Positions 39,845-49,585 of a stretch of DNA of 64,000 nucleotides are shown piece after piece; positions within the stretch are counted from its first letter, which is position 1; every line of letters starts with the position of its first letter. The notes under the pieces were generated by a model. It was not told where the DNA came from and did no database searches. It worked only from the letters and a program-made list of their open reading frames with translations. A program made the position numbers and the translations under genes. The stretch lies in assembly GCA_964406005.1 (NCBI GenBank), contig CAYOPZ010000015.1, positions 1,170 through 65,169 of the forward strand, in the 5' to 3' direction. Origin of the DNA: an uncultured Bacteroidaceae bacterium. GTDB lineage: Bacteria > Bacteroidota > Bacteroidia > Bacteroidales > SM23-62.

Positions 39845-40126
39845 AGGTCCCGGGCATCCGCGTTATTTTTACTGTTTATAAATAGATCACATCCGGTCGA
39901 CAGGCTGTAACATGTTCGGCTGCTTTTACGATATACGGTTTATGTTTTAAAATATGATCCTCTCATTAACGAACAATGGTTAAAATCCTTAATTTTGTAA
40001 TGAACTTCTTTAATTGTCAATCCATTGACAGTTCAGACAAAACAGGCTGGCAGGTGTTTCAAAAGAGGTTGGCCCTCAGTGGCTGCTGAATTTGTCTTTT
40101 TAATTTTTAACATGTTATAGAAAGAA

Positions 40127-41977
40127 ATGGCAAAAAAGGCGAAAGTAATAGAGCTCGAGGATGTGGTGGTGAAGTTTGCAGGAGATTCGGGTGATGGTAT
40201 GCAATTAACAGGGTCCCAGTTCTCAGACACCTCGGCATTCGTCGGCAACGACCTTTCCACGTTCCCGGATTACCCTGCGGAGATCAGGGCGCCGGGAGGG
40301 ACGATTGCGGGCATTTCGGGCTTCCAGGTACACATAGGTCATAAAGAGGTCCATTCCCCGGGAGACCAGGCGGATGTACTGGTGGCAATGAATCCGGCTG
40401 CCCTGAAAGCCAACATGAAATGGATCAAGCCCGGCGCTACCATCATCATTGATATTGATAATTTTGATAACAAGCATTATAAAAAGGCCGGATATATTGA
40501 AGATCCCCTGTGGGACGGCAGTCTCGAGGGATTCAATGTGGTAAGGGCCCCCATAACGCAACTGACAAGATCGACCGTTAAGGAATTCGGACTGGATAAC
40601 CGTACTGCCGATAAGACGAAGAACCAGTTCGTTGCGGGACTCCTGTTCTGGATGTTTAACAGGGATATCACCATTGGCGAGGAATTCCTGAAAAACAAAT
40701 TCAGGAAAAAGCCTGAACTGGTGCAGGCCAATATCAGGGTACTTCGTGAGGGCTATAATTACGCGGAGACCATCGAGGCGATGGCGACCACCTTTCTTGT
40801 GAACCCGGCCAGGAAAAAGAAAGGCCTGTTCCGGAACATAACAGGAAACCAGGCCACTGCATGGGGCTGCATGGCAGCATCCGAGCGTTCGGGACGCCCG
40901 CTTTTCCTCGGATCCTATCCCATCACCCCGGCATCCGAGATCCTGCAGGAACTGGCAGGCAGGAAACATCTCGGGGTCAAGACTTTTCAGGCTGAAGACG
41001 AGATTGCAGGTATTTGTTCAGCCATTGGGGCGAGCTTCGCAGGCCACCTGGGCGTAACGTCGACCTCCGGTCCCGGGCTCGCACTCAAAGGCGAAGCAAT
41101 AGGCCTGGCCGTCATGACGGAACTTCCGCTGGTAGTTATCAACGTTCAGCGGGGAGGTCCTTCCACAGGGCTTCCGACAAAGACCGAACAATCCGACCTG
41201 ATGCAGGCCCTGTATGGCAGGAGCGGGGAAAGTCCCGTTGTGGTTCTTGCAGCAAGCACACCGGCAAATTGCTTTGATTATGCATATATCGCTTCCAAGA
41301 TCGCCATCGAACATATGACGCCCGTGATCCTGATGACCGACGGTTACCTGGCCAATGGTTCCGAACTCTGGCACATCCCGGATGTCAACGAATTACCCCC
41401 CATCAATGTGCCCTCGGTAAAAGACAATGATGAGAATTATCAACCCTACCTGAGACGTATGGAAAACCTGGCCCGCTACTGGGCCGTTCCCGGCCAGGAA
41501 GGACTGAGGCACAAGGTAGGTGGTCTGGAGAAGGCGGACGTTACGGGAGACGTTTCGCAAGACCCTTTGAATCACCAGGTCATGGTGGAGCTGAGGGATG
41601 CGAAAGTGAAGAAAGTGGAGGAGGTGATCCCCGATCAGGAAATCGTGGGAGAGGATTCAGGCGACCTGCTTGTGATCGGCTGGGGAGGGACCTACGGCCC
41701 GCTGCTTACAGCCGTTGAGGAACTTCAGCAGGAGGGGAAACGCCTCAGCCTTGCACAGTTCAATTACATTCACCCACTGCCCCGGAATACCCGTGAAGTA
41801 TTGAAAGGATTTAAAAAGAGGATCGTCTGTGAGCTGAACCTGGGACAGTTTGCCGATTATCTCACAATGAAGTACCCGGAGTACGCGTATTTAAGGTTCA
41901 ACAAGGTGCAGGGCCTGCCCTTTATGATCTCGGAACTGAAAAATAAATTCAACAACATACTGGAGGAGAAGTCATGA
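40127..41977 (+). CDS. korA: 2-oxoacid:ferredoxin oxidoreductase alpha subunit
   Basis: AGDSGDG, YPITPAS, QAEDE, TSGPG, QRGGPSTGLPT; substrate not proven; TAATTTTG at 39990-39997. Confidence 0.88.
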   Translation: MAKKAKVIELEDVVVKFAGDSGDGMQLTGSQFSDTSAFVGNDLSTFPDYPAEIRAPGGTIAGISGFQVHIGHKEVHSPGDQADVLVAMNPAALKANMKWIKPGATIIIDIDNFDNKHYKKAGYIEDPLWDGSLEGFNVVRAPITQLTRSTVKEFGLDNRTADKTKNQFVAGLLFWMFNRDITIGEEFLKNKFRKKPELVQANIRVLREGYNYAETIEAMATTFLVNPARKKKGLFRNITGNQATAWGCMAASERSGRPLFLGSYPITPASEILQELAGRKHLGVKTFQAEDEIAGICSAIGASFAGHLGVTSTSGPGLALKGEAIGLAVMTELPLVVINVQRGGPSTGLPTKTEQSDLMQALYGRSGESPVVVLAASTPANCFDYAYIASKIAIEHMTPVILMTDGYLANGSELWHIPDVNELPPINVPSVKDNDENYQPYLRRMENLARYWAVPGQEGLRHKVGGLEKADVTGDVSQDPLNHQVMVELRDAKVKKVEEVIPDQEIVGEDSGDLLVIGWGGTYGPLLTAVEELQQEGKRLSLAQFNYIHPLPRNTREVLKGFKKRIVCELNLGQFADYLTMKYPEYAYLRFNKVQGLPFMISELKNKFNNILEEKS

Positions 41978-42996
41978 GTCTGAAAGAAATGTCTGAACTG
42001 ACAAGAGATGATTTCAAGGTTGACAATCCCATCAAATGGTGTGCAGGTTGCGGAGGCCATTCCGTTCTGGCGACCGTTCAGAATGTACTGCCCGAAACAG
42101 GTATCAAAAAGGAAAATGTTGTTTTCGTGTCGGGCATAGGTTGTTCCTCCAGGTTTCCCTATTACATCAACACGTACGGAATGCACAGTATGCACGGCAG
42201 GGCGGCGGCGATCGCATCGGGCATCAAGGTGGCGAATCCCAGTCTGAGCGTATGGGTTGTGACGGGAGACGGGGATCTGATGGCCATTGGCGGCAATCAT
42301 TTCATACATGTCATACGCAGGAATATCAATCTGAACATCCTCCTGTTCAATAACAAGATCTACGGATTGACAAAGGGGCAGTACTCGCCGACGACGCCCA
42401 AGGGATCGGTAACAAAAACATCTCCGGACGGAACGATAGAGATTCCCTTTAAACCCGGAGAGCTGGCCATGGGGGCACAGGGCACTTTTTTTGCCAGGAC
42501 GGTGGATACAGAACCCCGGATGATGAAGGAAGTCTTGCTGGAAGCTGCAAAACACAGAGGGACTTCGCTGGTCGAGATCCTTCAGAACTGTATTATTTTC
42601 GCCAACCAGGTGCATAAGGAGATCACAGGAAAGGATGTCCGGGAGGACAATCAGATCTATCTGAAGCACGGAGAACCGATGATTTACGGAAAGGAGAGGA
42701 ACAGGGGACTGGTCATGGAAAAGGGGAGACTGAAACCGGTCGTAATCGGCGAGAACGGATATACGCTCGAAGATATACTGGTACATGATGTGAAGGATCC
42801 AGATGATACCATACATTACATGCTGACCCGGATGACACTTCCCGATTTCCCTGTGGCCATGGGCGTTATCCGTTCCTGTGAGAGCACCGTCTACGAAAGC
42901 ATGCTTGAAGCACAGGTGAACAGGGCCCGGGAAGAAACCCGCATATCGAACATGAATGAACTGCTGCGGTCCGGGAATACCTTCAAGGTTGAATGA
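41974..42996 (+). CDS. korB: 2-oxoacid:ferredoxin oxidoreductase beta subunit
   Basis: WCAGCG, SGIGCSS, HGR, GDGD..GGNH, YGLTKGQ. Confidence 0.88.
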   Translation: MSLKEMSELTRDDFKVDNPIKWCAGCGGHSVLATVQNVLPETGIKKENVVFVSGIGCSSRFPYYINTYGMHSMHGRAAAIASGIKVANPSLSVWVVTGDGDLMAIGGNHFIHVIRRNINLNILLFNNKIYGLTKGQYSPTTPKGSVTKTSPDGTIEIPFKPGELAMGAQGTFFARTVDTEPRMMKEVLLEAAKHRGTSLVEILQNCIIFANQVHKEITGKDVREDNQIYLKHGEPMIYGKERNRGLVMEKGRLKPVVIGENGYTLEDILVHDVKDPDDTIHYMLTRMTLPDFPVAMGVIRSCESTVYESMLEAQVNRAREETRISNMNELLRSGNTFKVE

Positions 42997-43009
42997 GCCA
43001 TACCGCCGT

Positions 43010-45985
43010 ATGGACAGCACCCGGGAAAATATCACCGTACCTGCACTTGATTTCAGTCCCACGGCATTCAACAGGTTAATGCAGAAAAGGATCCGCCAGG
43101 TACTCCTGATCTGCAGCAATTATGACTATTTCATGCTGGAAGAGGACGGGAGGATTGATGAACAGATCTTTAATGAATATGTTTCACTGAACCTGCGGTA
43201 TCCCCCTGTATTCATGCGTGTATCTACCGCAAGGGAAGCATTTGCATTTCTTGAACGCAAGCAGGTCGACCTGGTAATACAGATGCTCAATATAGAAGAT
43301 ATTGACACATTTGAACTTGCCAGGCAGATCAAGGAAAAAAATCCCGGGATTCCCATCGTTACACTGACCCATTTTTCAAGGGAAGTCTCAATGAGGCTGC
43401 AGGACGAGGATCTGAGTGCCATTGATTATGTATTTTGCTGGCTGGGGAATGCAGACCTTCTTCTGGCCATCGTAAAGCTGATAGAGGATAAAATGAATGC
43501 GGAGCACGATGTGGAAGAAATAGGCGTACAGACCATTCTGATGGTGGAGGATTCCATCCGCTATATATCAAGCTATCTTCCCAGCCTGTACAAAATTATT
43601 TACAAGCAATCCAGGGAATTCAGCGTGGAAGCGGTGAATGAGCACCAGCGGATGCTCAGGATGCGCGGAAGGCCGAAGGTTTTACTTGCGACGAATTACG
43701 ATGATGCAGTGAAAATCTACCAGAAATACAAGCATAACATGCTGGGCATCATTTCAGATGTCAACTTCAAAAAGAATCCCGGAGCAAAGGTCAAGGGGAA
43801 GTACGGTATAGATTTCTGCAAGCTGGTGAAAGCGGAAGACAGATTCATGCCTTTCCTTCTCCAGTCATCGAATGCAGGCATCATTGAGGAGGCAAACAAG
43901 CTGGGTATAGGATTCCTCTACAAGTTTTCCAAAAACCTTACCAATGAGTTGAATGAATACATTGTCGGTCACTTTGCCTTCGGGGATTTTATCTTCCGCA
44001 ATCCCGATACCCAGAAGGAAGTGTCAAGGGCCGCCGACCTGCAGGCATTCCAAAGTGAAATCCTGAAAATACCGGATGATGTCCTGGCATTTCACACCAG
44101 CCGTAATGATTTTTCAAAATGGCTGAATGCCAGGGCGATATTCCCCATCGCACAAATATTCAAGCGTCTTACAATAGACGACTTCAAAAATCTGGACAGC
44201 GTGCGCCAATATATCCATGAATCCATATCAAATTACAGGATCAGTAAAAACCGGGGGATCATTGCCAAGTTTGAAAAGGAAAAATTCGATGAGTATAAAT
44301 TGTTCAGCAGGATCGGTGAAGGATCTATCGGGGGTAAGGCAAGGGGGCTGGCATTTATCAATTCCATGATAGAATCACACCGCATATTCAATAAATATCC
44401 GAATATCGTCATTACAATTCCCCGTACGGTTGTTCTTGGTACAGATGTTTTCGATCAGTTCATGGAAGACAACAAGCTTTATTCTGTCGCACTTTCTGAT
44501 GCGAGCGATGAAAAAATACTGAACCGCTTCGTGGGAGCTGATCTGCCCGCCTGGATAGAACAGGACATCCGCACCCTTCTTGAGGTGATCGTGAATCCGA
44601 TTGCGGTGCGCAGTTCAAGTAAGCTCGAAGACTCCCATTACCAGCCTTTTGCAGGTATTTATTCTACGTATATGGTGCCCTGTAACAAAAAAGACAGGGA
44701 AGACACGATGCGTATGCTTCTGATTGCCATAAAAAGTGTTTATGCATCGGTATATTTCAAAAGCAGCAAGGCCTATATGGCGGCTACATCCAATGTGATC
44801 GACGAGGAAAAGATGGGCATCATCCTGCAGGAAGTCTGCGGAACCGAATACCGGGGCAGGTTTTATCCGGCCATTTCAGGTGTTGCAAGGTCGATCAACT
44901 TCTATCCGATCGAACCGGAAAAACCCGAAGACGGGATTTCAGTGATCGCTTACGGCCTGGGTAAGTTTCTCATGGAAGGCGGAACGGGGCTCCGTTTCTC
45001 GCCAAAATACCCCAGAAAGGTACTCCAGCTTTCTTCCCCGGAAACGATTCTGGGGAGTACCCAGAAAGCATTTTACGCAATTGATATGAACCCGTCGAGC
45101 TTTGTGCCCTCGGTGGATGACGGGATGAACCTGTTTAAGCTTAAATTCGATGAGGCGGAAAAAGACGCTTCGTTCCGTTTTGCCGCATCCACATATGATC
45201 TGCAGAACCGGATGATCCGTGAAGGGATAACGGGTCAGGGCAAGAGGGTGGCGACCTTTTCACAGGTGCTGAACTACAATGCCTTTCCCCTGTCAGAGAT
45301 CATTTCCGAACTCCTGCATCTCAGCCGGAAGGAGATGAGCAATCACATCGAGATGGAATTTGCCGTGAACCTTCCCGAAGGTCGTCCCGCTGTTTTTAAT
45401 TATCTGCAGATCAGACCGATCGTATTGAATGAGCAGAGCATCAGTTTCAACCTGAATGATGTGAAGCAGGAGGATGCCATCGTGTATTCCGAATCTGCGC
45501 TTGGAAACGGATCGTTTACGGGATTGAGAGACATCATCTATATCAGGCCGGCGTCTTACAAGCCGTCAAAAAGCAAGGAGATCGCAGGGATGGTTGAGAA
45601 GATCAACAATGAATTCATCAGGGGGAACGGCAACTATATCCTGATCGGTCCCGGCAGATGGGGATCCACGGATCCGTGGCTGGGGATCCCTGCAAAATGG
45701 CCGCAGCTATCAGCGGCGCGGGTAATTGTGGAAGCGGGTCAGGAAAACTACCGCATTGATCCGAGCCAGGGCACCCATTTTTTCCAGAATATAACCTCTT
45801 TCGGTGTGGGGTATTTCACTATAAACCCCCATGTTCAGGACGGATGCTATGACCTGCCATTCCTTGACCGGCAACCCGCCTGTTTCGAGAACGAATTCAT
45901 AAGGCATGTTCGTTTTGAGGAGGATTTGAGGGTCCGGGTGGACGGAAGATCGAACAGGGGGGTAATCTACAAACCGGGATCATAA
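43010..45985 (+). CDS. Receiver-domain + PEP synthase/PPDK-type ATP-grasp protein of unknown function
   Basis: Two REC-like domains, IGGKARGL, AVRSSSKLED, FAGIY, MGIILQ, MEFA; no pyruvate-binding barrel; start moved to ATG 43010. Confidence 0.75.
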   Translation: MDSTRENITVPALDFSPTAFNRLMQKRIRQVLLICSNYDYFMLEEDGRIDEQIFNEYVSLNLRYPPVFMRVSTAREAFAFLERKQVDLVIQMLNIEDIDTFELARQIKEKNPGIPIVTLTHFSREVSMRLQDEDLSAIDYVFCWLGNADLLLAIVKLIEDKMNAEHDVEEIGVQTILMVEDSIRYISSYLPSLYKIIYKQSREFSVEAVNEHQRMLRMRGRPKVLLATNYDDAVKIYQKYKHNMLGIISDVNFKKNPGAKVKGKYGIDFCKLVKAEDRFMPFLLQSSNAGIIEEANKLGIGFLYKFSKNLTNELNEYIVGHFAFGDFIFRNPDTQKEVSRAADLQAFQSEILKIPDDVLAFHTSRNDFSKWLNARAIFPIAQIFKRLTIDDFKNLDSVRQYIHESISNYRISKNRGIIAKFEKEKFDEYKLFSRIGEGSIGGKARGLAFINSMIESHRIFNKYPNIVITIPRTVVLGTDVFDQFMEDNKLYSVALSDASDEKILNRFVGADLPAWIEQDIRTLLEVIVNPIAVRSSSKLEDSHYQPFAGIYSTYMVPCNKKDREDTMRMLLIAIKSVYASVYFKSSKAYMAATSNVIDEEKMGIILQEVCGTEYRGRFYPAISGVARSINFYPIEPEKPEDGISVIAYGLGKFLMEGGTGLRFSPKYPRKVLQLSSPETILGSTQKAFYAIDMNPSSFVPSVDDGMNLFKLKFDEAEKDASFRFAASTYDLQNRMIREGITGQGKRVATFSQVLNYNAFPLSEIISELLHLSRKEMSNHIEMEFAVNLPEGRPAVFNYLQIRPIVLNEQSISFNLNDVKQEDAIVYSESALGNGSFTGLRDIIYIRPASYKPSKSKEIAGMVEKINNEFIRGNGNYILIGPGRWGSTDPWLGIPAKWPQLSAARVIVEAGQENYRIDPSQGTHFFQNITSFGVGYFTINPHVQDGCYDLPFLDRQPACFENEFIRHVRFEEDLRVRVDGRSNRGVIYKPGS

Positions 45986-46007
45986 CAAACCGATAAATAT
46001 CAAAGCC

Positions 46008-47345
46008 ATGAATACAGACATAATAATGGCCGACCTTGAGAAGAAACACCCCGGTGAGGCCGAATATCACCAGGCAGTCAGGGAAGTCCTGGAATCCATA
46101 GAGGAGATCTATAACCGGAATCCCCAGTTTGAAGCAGCAGGGATCATAGAACGGATCATCGAACCAGATCGCATTTTGATTTTCAAGGTACCATGGGAAG
46201 ATGACCAGGGGAAAGTACATGTAAACCTGGGTTACCGCATTCAGTTCAATTCTGCCATCGGGCCCTATAAAGGGGGCCTGCGTTTTCATCCGAGCGTTAA
46301 CCTAAGTATCCTGAAATTCCTGGGGTTTGAACAGGTCTTCAAGAACAGCCTGACAACCCTGCCCCTTGGAGGAGGGAAAGGCGGATCCGATTTTAATCCG
46401 AAAGGGAAATCCGGCACCGAAATCATGCGCTTCTGCCAGGCTTTCATGCTCGAATTATGGAAAATGATCGGACCTTCGACGGACATTCCGGCAGGTGATA
46501 TCGGTGTGGGCACCCGTGAGATCGGATACCTTTACGGGATGTACCGGAAACTGGCAAGGGAAAACACAGGGGTCCTCACGGGAAAGGGGATTGACTGGGG
46601 GGGCAGCCTCATCCGGCCCGAAGCCACAGGTTTCGGGGTCGTATATTTTACCAAGGAAATGCTGGCCACCAGGGATGAGACCTTCAAAGGGAAAACAGTG
46701 GCCGTAAGCGGCTTTGGGAATGTGGCATGGGGGGCGGTCCAGAAAGTGGTCGAACTGGGAGGGAAAGTCGTGACCCTCTCCGGTCCGGACGGATATGTTT
46801 TTGACAGGGAAGGTGTATCGGGGGGAAAGATAGCCTATATGCTGGAACTCAGGGCCTCCAATGAAGACATCGTCAGGCCCTATGCAGATGAGTTCGAGGG
46901 TGTGGAATTCATCCCTGAAAAACATCCCTGGGAAGTGAAATGCGATATTGCATTGCCCTGTGCGACCGAGAATGAATTGAACGGGCAGGATGCCCTGCAA
47001 CTTGTGAAAAACGGCTGTATCTGTGTTTGTGAGGGGGCAAATATGCCCTGTACGCCTGAAGCCATCGGGATCCTGCAGGAGAACAGAATCCTGTTCGCCC
47101 CCGGGAAAGCTGCCAATGCGGGAGGGGTGGCGACCTCCGGGCTGGAAATGTCACAAAACAGTATGAAGCTGAACTGGCTCAGGCAGGAGGTGGACAGCAG
47201 GTTGCATGATATCATGACCAGCATACACGGTACCTGCTTGGAACATGGCACGGAGAAGGACGGGTATATCGATTATGTCAAAGGGGCGAATATATCCGGG
47301 TTCATGAAGGTGGCCAATGCCATCCTCGATCAGGGCGTGATATGA
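46008..47345 (+). CDS. gdhA: Glutamate dehydrogenase (cofactor specificity not established)
   Basis: GPYKGGLRFH, GGGKGG, PAGDIG, RPEATG, GFGNV, GKAANAGGV. Confidence 0.92.
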   Translation: MNTDIIMADLEKKHPGEAEYHQAVREVLESIEEIYNRNPQFEAAGIIERIIEPDRILIFKVPWEDDQGKVHVNLGYRIQFNSAIGPYKGGLRFHPSVNLSILKFLGFEQVFKNSLTTLPLGGGKGGSDFNPKGKSGTEIMRFCQAFMLELWKMIGPSTDIPAGDIGVGTREIGYLYGMYRKLARENTGVLTGKGIDWGGSLIRPEATGFGVVYFTKEMLATRDETFKGKTVAVSGFGNVAWGAVQKVVELGGKVVTLSGPDGYVFDREGVSGGKIAYMLELRASNEDIVRPYADEFEGVEFIPEKHPWEVKCDIALPCATENELNGQDALQLVKNGCICVCEGANMPCTPEAIGILQENRILFAPGKAANAGGVATSGLEMSQNSMKLNWLRQEVDSRLHDIMTSIHGTCLEHGTEKDGYIDYVKGANISGFMKVANAILDQGVI

Positions 47346-48644
47346 TCAGGTCACCGAATGCAGGTATTCTTTCAGCTGTTTAAAATCATTGGACAGGGGG
47401 ATGCTTTCCTTCTCCTTTCCTGTAACTTCCCTGAGACGTTCCGGCAGTTCCACGACGCTGCCGGTTTCCTCTTCTATAATTTCCCTGAATTTGGCGGGAT
47501 GAGCAGTTTCCATGAATATGCCGGGAAGGCTTGCCTGTCCGGCCGCAAATGCCTTCAGTGCATTGTATCCGGCGGCACCGTGTGGATCAAGCAGGTATCC
47601 GCTCGATGCATATACCCTTTTTATCGCGGCCCTCAGTTCGTTGTCTCTGTAGGAATATGCCGCCATATCCTCCAGGATGGCGCTGTGTGAGTGCCTGTAA
47701 AGGTCCAGAATGCGTGCAAAGTTGCTGGGATTGCCCACATCCATGGCGTTGGCGATGGTAGGCAGGGAAGGTCGCGGGCGGAACCTGCCGGTCTGCAGGT
47801 ACTCGGGCACGACATCATTGATGTTGGTTGCAATGATGAATTTCTTAACCGGGAGTCCCATCCTTCCCGCAATCAGTCCGGCTGTCAGATTACCGAAGTT
47901 CCCGCTGGGCACGCACATATAGAAAGCATTTTTTTCAGGAAGCTGGGCATACGCATGAAAATAATAGAAAGACTGCGGAAGCAGCCTTGCCAGGTTAATG
48001 GAATTGGCCGAGGTGAGTATGCGGCCCGTGGAAAGCACCGGGTCCGTAAAGGCTTTTTTTACAAGACGCTGGCAATCGTCGAAATTCCCGGAAATCTCAA
48101 GTGCGACGATATTCCCACCGAGGGTTGTAAGCTGTTTCTCCTGTAATTCGCTCACGCCGCCGGATGGATAGAGGATGAATACCCGGATTCCCTCCACGTT
48201 CCGGAACCCGTTTGCCACGGCGCTTCCGGTATCGCCGGAAGTGGCAACAAGCACATTGATCTCTCGGTTGAGCCCGGCAATAAAATATCCCAGCATTCTC
48301 GCCATAAAGCGTGCTCCCACATCCTTAAAGGCAAGTGTGGGGCCATGAAACAATTCCAGGGAGAAGACCTGCTCCTCCACTTTCACAAGGGGTGTGTCAA
48401 AACAGATGGCATCTTCCGTAATCCGGGCAAGTGCCTCTTCCGGAACGTCTTCATGGAACAGGGATAAGGCCACTTCATAAGAGATTTCCCTGAAAGATCT
48501 TCCCCTGAAAGCATCTATGCGGTCCCGGGCGAACCTGGGTATGACGGAAGGCATGTACAGGCCGCCATCCGGGGCAAGTCCTCCGAGAACTGCCTCACGC
48601 AGGTTCTTTCTGATACGGGGGTCTCCGGTACTGTAATAATCCAT
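47346..48644 (-). CDS. thrC: Threonine synthase
   Basis: GLAPDGGLY, FHGPTLAFKD, ATSGDTG, PSGNFGN, TAHPAKF; start moved to ATG 48644. Confidence 0.95.
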   Translation of the reverse strand: MDYYSTGDPRIRKNLREAVLGGLAPDGGLYMPSVIPRFARDRIDAFRGRSFREISYEVALSLFHEDVPEEALARITEDAICFDTPLVKVEEQVFSLELFHGPTLAFKDVGARFMARMLGYFIAGLNREINVLVATSGDTGSAVANGFRNVEGIRVFILYPSGGVSELQEKQLTTLGGNIVALEISGNFDDCQRLVKKAFTDPVLSTGRILTSANSINLARLLPQSFYYFHAYAQLPEKNAFYMCVPSGNFGNLTAGLIAGRMGLPVKKFIIATNINDVVPEYLQTGRFRPRPSLPTIANAMDVGNPSNFARILDLYRHSHSAILEDMAAYSYRDNELRAAIKRVYASSGYLLDPHGAAGYNALKAFAAGQASLPGIFMETAHPAKFREIIEEETGSVVELPERLREVTGKEKESIPLSNDFKQLKEYLHSVT

Positions 48645-48649
48645 GAATC

Positions 48650-49582
48650 TTAACTTTTTGACAACAGGCGGATCCCGTCGGGATTCACCCCGGAGACATA
48701 ACATTTGCAGTCAATTCCGGCTTTGTTGAAGATCTTCAGCATTGCAGAGGAAACTTCCCGGGCGGTTTCTTCCGTGTCGCTCAGGGCAAAAATCGAAGGA
48801 CCGGACCCGGAAATGCTGCAGCCAAGCGCACCGGCGGCAAGCACCGCTTTCTTGACCTTTTCATATTCCGGGATCAGGAAAGCACGGATGGGTTCGGCGA
48901 TCACATCGTGCATGGAGTCCCTGATCAGGCGGAAATCTCCCGTAATCAATCCGGTTACCAGCCCGGCAATATTCCCGCATTGTGTCACGGCAGTTTTCAG
49001 GGGAACGGTGGTTTTCAGGATCTTCCTGCTGTCTTCGGTGGCAATCGGGATATCCGGATGTACAACGCTGCAGAATATATTCGCGGGTCCCGGAATATCG
49101 ATGATGTCAAGAGGGTCATAACTTCTTACAAGGACAAAACCTCCGAGCAGGGCAGGGGCCACGTTGTCCGCATGCGCCGAGCCACTGGAAGCTTCTTCTC
49201 CCTTCATTGCAAATGGTATCAGATCCAGGCTGCGGTAAGGGCTCTCCAGGAGAAGATTCGCCCCGTAAACGGCTCCCGCCGAACTGGCTGCACTGGAACC
49301 GATCCCGCTGCCCGGGGGAATCTTTTTCAGGAATGTCAGCCGGAATTTCTGCCTGCTTCCCATGTCTTTAAGCATCGCGTCGATGGCGATTGTGGCGACA
49401 TTCTTCTGTGGTTCGATCGGAATATGTGCCCCGGACCTGTTAATGATAACATGATCCTTCCCGTCGGATTTTTCCATCAGGAATTCATCCCCGGGATCGT
49501 TCACAGCGAATCCCAGGATGTCAAATCCCGGACCCACATTGGCTACGGTGGCAGGAGAGAATATGTGAATTGCACCGGCCAT
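48650..49582 (-). CDS. thrB: Homoserine kinase
   Basis: PATVANVGPGFD, GIGSSAAS, HADNVAP, SGSGPS. Confidence 0.93.
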   Translation of the reverse strand: MAGAIHIFSPATVANVGPGFDILGFAVNDPGDEFLMEKSDGKDHVIINRSGAHIPIEPQKNVATIAIDAMLKDMGSRQKFRLTFLKKIPPGSGIGSSAASSAGAVYGANLLLESPYRSLDLIPFAMKGEEASSGSAHADNVAPALLGGFVLVRSYDPLDIIDIPGPANIFCSVVHPDIPIATEDSRKILKTTVPLKTAVTQCGNIAGLVTGLITGDFRLIRDSMHDVIAEPIRAFLIPEYEKVKKAVLAAGALGCSISGSGPSIFALSDTEETAREVSSAMLKIFNKAGIDCKCYVSGVNPDGIRLLSKS

Positions 49583-49585
49583 TTA

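Noticed and set aside
40040..40100. Cobalamin-riboswitch-like AGGTG..AAAAGAGG
   Set aside because: Downstream conserved B12 elements are absent
41857..43119. 420-aa minus-strand ORF
   Set aside because: Antisense shadow of korA/korB; no recognisable motifs
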